A DNA stretch of 62,210 bases, the filler included, from Sphacelaria rigidula (Eukaryota): NCBI GenBank assembly GCA_964200075.2. It is 11 parts of 11 records of this genome, joined end to end, with 100 filler letters (N's around TTAATTAATTAA, not from the genome) between each part and the next. Parts side by side here need not be neighbours in the genome. Positions count along the whole stretch, not along the records: positions 50,983 to 56,546 come from CAXNAA020026293.1; positions 56,647 to 62,210 come from CAXNAA020026294.1; 9 more parts are not named here. One strand, written 5' to 3'. The notes beneath the pieces are model-generated. The model had not been told where the DNA came from, made no database searches, and saw nothing but the letters and a program-made list of their open reading frames with translations. Within the stretch, counting starts at the first letter, position 1. Each line of letters starts with the position of its first letter. Below, piece after piece: positions 52,831 through 62,210 of this stretch. The position numbers were made by a program, and so were the translations under genes.

Positions 52831-55800
52831 GTTTAGAGAGATTTAGAGGGTGGGTGCTGTAGTGGTGTAAGTGTCGCTGTATAGAGCCTGTAAGATCGAT
52901 GACTCATCGCAAGTTGGTGAGGGAAGGACGGCCTAGCAGTGTAGCACGCATGAGGCGAGGATGACTTCGCGTTGGCGAGGAAAGATTACGGTAGGGAAGA
53001 GCGGGCGAGAAGCTAAGAGGGCGATATGGCATGTGTTCATAATGTCTACCTTACTACCTTTGGACCCCACCTTGGAGAGATGAGTGCATTAGGTCCGTGA
53101 CCTCTGAAGATGCATGGTACGAGGTATGACATCGCTAAGAGTGGGCGAGGTTTTGACGTACGTCTGAAAAACGCCAGTAGGATTTTTTGGAATACCAATT
53201 AAAATCGAAAACAGACTTTTCAGGACCAGGGGACGACAATAATGTATTCGACGAGAAAATGACTACAAAAACCATATCTATTTTCGGAAAATTGCCCTCC
53301 GAGAGGGGGTGGGGGGGAGGGCCTACGTGTCCAGAATTTTTCTCTCGGCAGACCCTTCGATAAGCCGTTTGTGCGTATCTCAAACCCAGTTCGAGCGAAA
53401 CAAACCCGCGTGCACTACATTGTGGTGTAACGCTGTGTCATCTTTTGCGCGATGACGTTCATTTTGTCCAAACAACAGTACAGGTGTTAGTATTGTACAC
53501 TGGCCAGCTATTTCGGCAACGAGGATGCCATTTACCATAACACCACCACAAGATAAGTTCCGCTCATCCAACAACTCTCGCCAATCGACCACAGCAACAA
53601 TACCTTTTTGTGGTTCCTTCGATGAGCCTGATATCCCCCGCGACTGATCCGCTCGGATATTGTCTTGACACACTCGTTCCAAACTTCATCAACGGTACCC
53701 TGGCCTTCAAACACTTGGTCGACTTCCAGATCACCCGGCCCTGCATCGCCCAGCCCTGGGGCAACAAGTTTTGTGTGTGCAAGTGACACGAACACAAGAA
53801 GTGACTATTAGACTATTATATCAATAGCACACCGGCAACTACAAGACTATCCCCATTAGGTACACACTACTGTTGTACGGTACACACCAAGGGCGGCGCA
53901 AAACTAAACGAGAGGCTACGTACCGCCGTGGAGTGCCACCTGCTGTACTGTACAGGCAGTACAGTACAGTACCATAGGTACTAAATCCCTTGGTCCAAAT
54001 ATCAACGCGCCGCCTGGTCAAACATTGCATGGTTACTGCTCTTGTGCATACACTATCGTGAAGGATGCATACACTGTCTGTACTATACTACTCGTACTGT
54101 TATGGGTGCGCCTGACCCCCCAAAATGGGCAAAAAAAGTGACACCGACCAATATCACGAACACACACGAATATACCGACTTCTGGGGATTATCCAGGCTC
54201 GTGGGGTAAAATGTGCCTTACGTCATCGGAAGAGAACGGCACGGATCCAAATTTCATATCGAAAAAAAGTGGACTGCATTCTGAAATCAGAACCCTACCG
54301 TTATTTCTGCTGCTGTTCCTCATATATTACATGCCACTGCGTCGCTTTTCGTCCGCGCTTGCGATACCCTAGCATGCAAGGAGGCTAGTTGGGTTGAACC
54401 ATCCCAACGCACACCGAGAACACTCGGGCAAGGGTGGTACATACATTCCTGAACAAAGTGAGGCCTTGGTGGACCTCAGATCGGCGCCTGTGGCGCCGAT
54501 TTCAACGACAACGCGTTCTGCGCACCCGAGGAGCACACGGGACTATCAGCCCTACTAAAATTCCGATTTTCGTTGTACACACTCAAATAAGCAACCATGA
54601 ACATTCGTTGCCCAACGCCTGTAACTGAAACCAGGAAGCTGAACCATTTGGGGGGGGGGGGTGCGGATCGAAATTGGGCCAACATGTGCTCAACATGCGA
54701 CAGAGCCATAAGTACTTATGAACTTCAACGAGGACGGCCCTTTCACAGAGGAGTGGAGTACAAATAGTCACCGGGTGTGTGATGTGGGCTGGGCGGGTGT
54801 TGGTCCACCACCTCGTCATGTTTTGAGGAGCTTGATTTATCGGCTGCCATTATTCCACAGCTTTTGGCGGATGAATGACTCGCCTTGTGCAAGTGTTTTT
54901 TTTGTTCCGTGGGCATGGCTTTTCATTTCATGAATATGATATAAAATTAACCCTTTGGCCGCGACGGTTGGTCACACGCTGAATCGGCATCATTTTTCAC
55001 TTGAAAAAAGTACACATGGTCCAGATGGACTGCCCTCGAGGTCTGGACTCCAAGGATACTGTGTTACAAGAGGGAATGAAAACAAATGGTCGTCCGTTAC
55101 CCACCAGTGCCGATACAACAGATGCGTGTCATACGACGGGTGGGTCCACTGAAGGACATGAATGGGGTTTCGGTGCCATTTGGCTTTAGCGAAGGGGCGC
55201 GGACGACTTTATGCTGTCTTTTGGGTCGTCTTGACGCAGTATACTTCACCATTCGGGGGGATAAGTTGGTTTATCTTGATCTTAGTGTGGAAATCGAAAT
55301 CCGAATCTTTCATGGGGGCTGTGCTCCTAGCATGCTCCTAGCGTTTTTGTCTAAATCGGGGCCTGGGGCGCTGATTTGAGGTCTGGCAACGCACCCTTCG
55401 CCTAGGGAACAAGTTGCACCCCCCTTGCTCGAGGGTTCTCGGTATGCCTTCATTGTGGGTAGGATTGGGGTCAGTGTTATAGCTTGTTCTCTTCGCCGCT
55501 GCGAGGTCGCGAAGATGATTCTTGCTTCTGGGAGTTCGGTCGAAGGTTCAAATTCTATGCCTGTCGAACATTCCACATATCCGATGTATCAACCATCTGC
55601 ACTATCAAGAGTCATTGATGGGTGTCATCTATTCTGATGCCGTTGGACAGGGGTGAGGTTTTCACGTTCTGTGGGAATCGGCGAGGGTTGGAGGCGTTTG
55701 TTTGCGATCATAGCCCAAACTAGTGGGCCAATTACTCATCGCCAAGGCCATCGATTGGGATGCGACTTTTTGCATCATCTGCGCCAAGACGACGGCTACA

Positions 55801-57422
55801 ACTTGACCGGATGATTTTTTTTATTTCGTCAGGATGCGAGTTTTATGACGAATGTACCCTTTTGGGACTGAAGCTCACTAACACCATGTTCACGACGTGT
55901 TGGTAAAATAATAATAAACAAGTCTGGGAGCGACCTGTCCAGACAGGGCGAGGCGAAATTTATCGACCACATCCTAACGACCAGTGGAGGGGGGGGTTGT
56001 CGCCGGGAATGATATCACTGCAAAAGTTGGTGTACCCTGTCCCTGGGCCACAAAAAATCCTTCGAAGCAAAAAAAAGCCCAAGTGGTCGGGGCTCGGATT
56101 CCTGATTTTTCCATCATATCCTTGCATTTTATGTAGGCCCGACCTCCCATCCTCCGATTTTTTTGGGGTCACCATCCTATCGTAAACCCTAGTTGATCAC
56201 ACTGACACGTAGTGCTCGGTGGAAATTCGGGAATAAATGTACCCTACTATATATGTGGTCATGTTCACAAGGCGACTGCATCTGGCAACGCCGTGGGACG
56301 AGAGACGGAGCCAGAAGCATGAGTTCTGCGTATCCCTCTGTCGAGCGGTACAAGCGTATGTAATCGACGGTAACAAACTTGCTGTGTATAGGCAGCTGAT
56401 CTCCGTTTCGGAGAACTGCCCAGAACATGTGAGGGGGTATGCAGCGGCAGCTTATGCTGCATTCGGAAAGGCGTGCTGCACTGTACTGTATCTGCGGTGC
56501 AACAACCATGCCGTTCGAAGAGAATTTGCCGCTTGCAACAAAGAGGNNNNNNNNNNNNNNNNNNNNNNNNNNNNNNNNNNNNNNNNNNNNTTAATTAATT
56601 AANNNNNNNNNNNNNNNNNNNNNNNNNNNNNNNNNNNNNNNNNNNNCGGTATGGGATACCCCGGTAAATACCGGGGGTACGCTCGGTACGGTACCTTACC
56701 TACGGTGCCTGTGATAAATTTGTAAAGGAGCAGAAGCAAACGTACACCCGCAAAGCCCAACAAACTTTTCGGATTTTGTCAATGTTCATTGATGGATTTC
56801 TTGCAACAAAGTTGACAGGAAGAAAAAAAATCATGATAATTTTGATTGTCGAAAACACGCCCTTCGGCATCTGAGGTCATCGGGACAGAACGGACAAGGA
56901 GCAAAAGCAGATATACGAACCCCACAAAACCCATCAGACTTTTCGGTTATTGTCAGCGTTCAGCGATAAGTTTCTTGTAGCAAAATTAAATGAAATAATC
57001 AAAACAGTGTTTAGTGATCAATTCCTTGTGACAAACTTGACAAGAAAAAATCGAAAAAATCATGACAAGTTTCGAAAAAATGCCCTCCGGGAGGGGTGTA
57101 CTCATGATCATGCTTGCCATAGTCATCAGACCATTGCGGAGGGGGGGGGGGGGGGGGCTACGTGTCCCGATTTTTTTTCGACTGCCCCTTGCTTCATCTA
57201 ACCCTGCCGTTACATACATACGTTGATTTTTAGGGNNNNNNNNNNGGACACGTCATCCCTAACCAGCCTCATTGGTCGTTCTGGAGGCCCAGTCCCAAAA
57301 GGGTTAATTTTTCACAAGCATTTGATCAATGAATAATGACAAAAACCGAAAAGTCTAGTGGGGTTTGCGGGGTTTGCATATTTGCTTCTGCTCCTTGATA
57401 TATATATGTTATATAAATATAT

Positions 57423-60400
57423 TGTGGAGGATATCTCTTTGCAGTGATGTATCAGAGACTGATGCCACACATGTATGCAGACCCAGCGCAAGCAGGGACA
57501 AGGTAGGAACGTTCCGGAAGGACCAGATCATCGAGGACCCTGTAATGCCGACNNNNNNNNNNCGGGGTGATGCCAGGAAGAGCCTCATATAGGACGGTCT
57601 AACATCCCCCGAGGCCCTGGTCGCCTATGGCGACCACTTCTAGTCTGACCCCACTTCTTGCTTACATATACAAGAGGAAATCATCGCCAGCCTCGAAGTT
57701 CCTTCGGCCTCAGGACGGCAGTCTCTCCCCGTAGGTCTCTGACTACTCTAGGGATACGCCTTCCTCACACTAGCGACACCAGAACAGAATTCAAACAAAA
57801 CAGGACTTAGGAGTGAATAATTGGAGCGAGAACCGACTGCTCCCCGACACCGGAAATACTAGGGTCCCCAATGGAACGCTACGCCGGGTGAAACGTATGA
57901 GTCATATGCTTAATTATTCGAGTTCGGAAGCTATGGGAGTCATGTGTTTGGATCAACGCGAAATTAGCCAATGCGCATTTATATGTCACCCGCATGACTA
58001 ATCAAAGAGCGAAATGCGAGTTTAGACTCCTCAGGGTGCAGTATATGTCACCTGTACGGCTAATCGAACAGCGAAAACGCGAAATTAGTCTATCCAGTGG
58101 GCATTATATGTCACCAGAACGGCTGATACAACAGCGAATCCACAATCAACCAACCTTCCACCACCATCACGCGAAAGGCACAGCAATTAATCAAGCAGGG
58201 CGACCTCTGGAAACACGGTGACTCGAAATAGCAGCAACAAACACGTTACCCAACCTGCGAATGCACGACCTTGTCATTCCCTACCAGGTAGCGAACGAAA
58301 GAAAGAGGTGTATCGGATGGTCTTACCGCATCCCAGCTCACAAGCTGAGAGAGGTTGAAAAGTACAGACAAGCTCAAGATCCCACACCTCATCTCGCATG
58401 AAATGTACGAAGTCTCAACCGTCTGGTGAAGAAAACAGATAGGAAGAATGTGGTTTCTTGGTCAGTACAATAACTCACTCCTCCAGAAGGGCACCAGAAC
58501 AACCCTCAGTTGTGGTGTCAGTACATACGAAGAGCAGAAGCTGGAAAGAGCATGATGAGAGTTGGTTCATAAGCAGCCTTCAGAGCAGCTGTGGGAAAAG
58601 CAATACACCACACGAAGGACCATCAACAAACATGTAGCTCAACTTGTTGAGGCCCTCAGGTATGTTACATTCTGCGCCGTACCCCAATGGATCGGTAACG
58701 TTACATCTGGTTGTAAGCAGGGGCTGTTGATTCCACATCGAAACACCAGTCTTCCTTTTTATTATCAACCCGATTTTGGACGATCACTGTTATGACTTAT
58801 ACAACACATCACCGTTCGCCAGGTATACAGATGCACCCCTAGCGCTATCCTGGGCATCAGCCGCGTTAGAGTCGCAGCCAGAGTAAACGGTACCCTCGCT
58901 GAAAAAATCACAATCGATTCCGCAGGAGGATGTACAGGGTATCAGCAGAAGTTCATCGATGAACATATGGCTATCATGGCAGCTGATGTGAAGCCAGTAC
59001 CGCTAGGACCCACCGATCTCAGAAACGCGGAACATAAAATCCGAGGGTTCCGGCATAGAATGCCAGCATGAGTTGAAACAGAAAATACCCCGTGAACAAC
59101 AACAACTGTCGTGCAGCCACGCATAATAACCGAGGAGGACACTCGATCGCCAGATGTACCTCAAGCATTCACGCACATCAGCCTTTCAAGGACAGCAGGC
59201 ACGTAGTAGGCGACGAACAAATAACAGAAATGGTACAAATCACCAACCTGTCGAGCCCACATGTAAAACCCGGAAAAACTTCATGATAATGATAAGAGAC
59301 AAGAACGGAGAAACTTCATTTTATTCCGGACATGCGCACGCTATGTCAGGGCTACTACTAACACCGGAAAACGGTCCACAACCGGCCAAAAAAACAAATG
59401 CCGATGAGACACGTTACGGTAGGACGGCTATACGAAAGAGTGTAAGGCAAATCTAGTCGAATGAAAAACAACTTCGACGTCAAACGCTGGAGTACTAGGT
59501 AAATATGGACTGTCCGTATTGGACCACCTCACAAGGTATGCTTTGCTCATTCCGGTGCCGAAAAAACAGATCACATCAATATAGCCAAACCTAAAATTGG
59601 CAGAGTCTTCACTGCATTTGGCATCCCGCGAGAGCTGCGTTCGAATTAAAGAATCGAAATCGGGAACAAGCTAACATATGCATGGCAACAGGAGCCGGGT
59701 TTCAGTAAACCTCGCCCGGCACTTTTACACCCGCAAAGTAACTCAGGGTCGGAACGGATCCACTCCTCTATGCACGCGATGTTAGCTAGGCTTAGGTCAA
59801 TTGGAAACAAGAACTGGGCACCCATACCTCCGTTTATCCAAATGGTGTACAACACATCCTATCACAGTACAGTACAGGAGATACCATATTCTTTATTATT
59901 CGGAAGACAGTGCAGATTGCCAATTTGACATGATTCTAAACATACCGGAAGAGAGCCAAGCGGCAACACCCGAAGAATTCTCCAAAGAAACACGGGAAAG
60001 CCTACAGTTTGGATTTGAAATTGCAAGACAAGTCCTACGAGAAGAGCGAACGAGCAAGAAAACAAGAACAAATTCAAATCTTTCACGGTGTTCAAACACG
60101 GTGAAAAGGTACTCTTGTACCCACCATACCAGGACTCAAGAAGGCCGAACCTGAAACTCCAATTTACATGGAGAGGACCTTTCATGGTAACCGAGAGACG
60201 ATCGCCGGTTGCGTACATAATCAAAGTAGGCGACGACTCTAGAGAAACGTCAGCATATCTCGCTCATTTGAAGAAATATTAACCGCGCGAAACAGCGCCG
60301 GCACCGGACTTTGACAAAGGGTTAGTCGAATGCTCACATCCAGACTCAGAATCCAAAACTACACGGAAACGGAAACGGATGTGACTGTTTATCAGATTGG

Positions 60401-62210
60401 TTGAGCGTCCTAGCAAAACGCTCGAAGGTTGAGCAGTAACCTGAGATCAAAATTCGGAGATTAATGAGACTCAAAAGCTACAGCCCAAGAGTTGACCTGA
60501 GCTATCGAGCTGACGAAACAACACAAGGTAGGCACCACCTCGATATATACCGTCCTGACAACGGGCTAGCAAAGCGCCCACATCCGGAGTCGAAACCAAA
60601 AAAAATACCGGGTAACGGAAACGGATGTGACTGTTCAACAGACTGTTCGAGCGTCCTAGCAACACGCTCAAGGGTTGAGCAGTAGCCCGGAGTCACAATT
60701 CGGAGATCAAGGAGAAGCGCAAGAGAAGAAAACGAAAAAATAACGTTGAAGCAATGCAGGTATGAACGGAAACATATCTGGCATGTCAATGGTGACCGGA
60801 GTGCAACTTTCCAAGGAAGACAGCCTCTCAGCAATAGGGGTAGTGCTCATCATTTTGACGATATTTAGACAAAAAAGCACATTGATCACAGGCCGAAAAC
60901 ATCGTATTCACCGCTGTGTTACTAACACGAAAACGCTGTACTATTTCGGTCTCAGCGGAACCGAAGGTATTCCAGAACCCGGACATGAAAAGCCAGGCGC
61001 ACGTGGACCGATCAGTGTCCCAGTGCCCAGGTATGTAGAAACAGCAGATGCATCCAGCACCAAAATGCAACGTATCTTGTGGGTTATCACATGGGACACA
61101 CGTATATGCCACAAAATGATACGAAGCAAAGAACATGTCGATGTTGCACCAAAGAGCACAATGCTCGCAAGATAAACATCAGACCTACCGCTTTGGGTAC
61201 TAACGCAAGGACTTTGTCCTAAACTCCGGTGTCAATGGAACCGAAGGTATCCCAAAACCCGGGCAGAAATACCTCAAGCACCCGTGGACCGGGTCTGTGT
61301 CCCAGTGCCTAGTCAGGTATACCTACCTGATGCAGCCTGCACCAAAGTGCAAAAAACACCCCATAAGAACTGTGTCACTCATGAGGCATCTATTTGACAC
61401 AATACAAGAAGCAGAGGTCATTTCGACGGTGTTTAGCCAAACGAGCACAATACTCCCGGGTGAAAATATGTATATAAATATATGTATATACATACATGTA
61501 TCGTCAATACCGCCTTGTTACTGACCAAAGACTTGACCCTACTCAGGTGTCCACGGAACCGAAGGCATCCCAGAACCCGGGCAGGAATAACCTAGGCGCC
61601 CGTGGGCCGATCAGTGTCCCAGTGCCCAGTCATGCATACCAGCAGATGCAACTAGCATCCAAGTGCAAATATATCTGATGGAAACATGTCACACATGACA
61701 GCTACGTGACAGAAAAAAATATATGTTCGAACAAGCTTGTTGTGGATCAATAACGCTCATCCATACTGCCTGACACCGTTTGGAACCAAANNNNNNNNNN
61801 AAGGATGGCTGACACACTTATGAGCCTCTTTTTTCGTGCAACCAAACACCCCCCCCCCTATCGTAGGATGACTCAGAGGGTTTGGAATACATGCACTGTT
61901 ACTGACCAAACGTAGCTAAAATTTACTGGGGGTGTTTTCTCAATACCACAGTATAGAGAAGGGCTACCTTTGCGATTAGTGGTGGCGTGACTCAATCAAC
62001 AATTGTGACTCAAAGAAACCTCCATGATTATATCATCAGCGAAGCTGATGATCGCCTCGTCCCACCAGCCATAGCCTCGATGGGCTGGAGACGCGCATAA
62101 AGGGAAGGGGTATGTGGAGGATATCTCTTTGCAGTGATGTATCAGAGACTGATGCCACACATGTATGCAGACCCAGCGCAAGCAGGGACAAGGTAGGAAC
62201 GTTCCGGAAG
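57423..62210 (+). mobile_element. Ty3/Gypsy LTR retrotransposon with decayed pol. 5' LTR ~57423-57769, polypurine tract 62099-62110, 3' LTR from 62113 (truncated by the contig end)
   Basis: 57423-57520 and 62113-62210 are identical (98/98 nt) and start with TG. AAAGGGAAGGGG precedes the 3' LTR. The 5' LTR appears to end ttcctcaca. RNase H remnants (QPDF, YTDA) at ~58740-58850. Integrase remnants DHLTRYALLIPV, FGIPRELRS, HPQSNSGSERIH, YNTSYHS, LFGRQCRLP and the GPF motif WRGPF, with stops and frameshifts. Confidence 0.9.
60313..61690 (+). repeat. Tandem duplications in the 3' non-coding region of the Gypsy element: 2 units ~244 bp apart (60313, 60557) and 3 units of ~280-320 bp (core ggaaccgaagg at 60957, 61237, 61555)
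   Basis: Direct alignment by eye, for example aacggaaacggatgtgactgtt...gagcgtcctagcaa twice and ggaaccgaagg...cgtgg.ccg....tgtcccagtgcc three times. Confidence 0.85.

Noticed and set aside
5566..56646. Regularly spaced TTAATTAATTAA motif every ~5.66 kb
   Set aside because: It is an artificial linker embedded in Ns, not a biological array. For the same reason, clustering of clpB, LRR, calpain and the other genes is not synteny.
22661..57136. Recurrent short repeat that could be mistaken for CRISPR repeats
   Set aside because: Copies are dispersed on separate contigs with variable 5' length, there are no spacers or cas genes, and the context is eukaryotic.

Overview
This is eukaryotic nuclear DNA, most likely from a brown alga or related stramenopile (inferred from intron-dense genes with CA-rich acceptors, abundant poly-G/C tracts and the repeat types). 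The window is not one locus. It is 11 unrelated contigs of 5564-5565 bp joined by artificial 100-nt spacers (N44-TTAATTAATTAA-N44), so neighbourhood across spacers has no meaning. Manual splicing recovers parts of several genes: an organellar-type ClpB (8 exons), an LRR protein 3' end (4 exons), a calpain-like gene with a GC-AG intron and altered catalytic residues, an F5/8-type C (CBM32-like) domain gene, a conserved 'LKSxLQKxIRR...DYHC' family gene and an S/P/A-rich unknown gene. The rest is largely mobile DNA: a Gypsy element with a decayed interior but identical LTR starts, an internally deleted Copia, and fold-back, Tc1/mariner-like and piggyBac-like non-autonomous elements, plus LINE-like 3' ends. 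The most unusual signal is two retroelement families that share a ~55-nt 3' end finishing in poly-C. They sit in G/C tracts, and one 47-nt copy has a perfect 18-bp target-site duplication.
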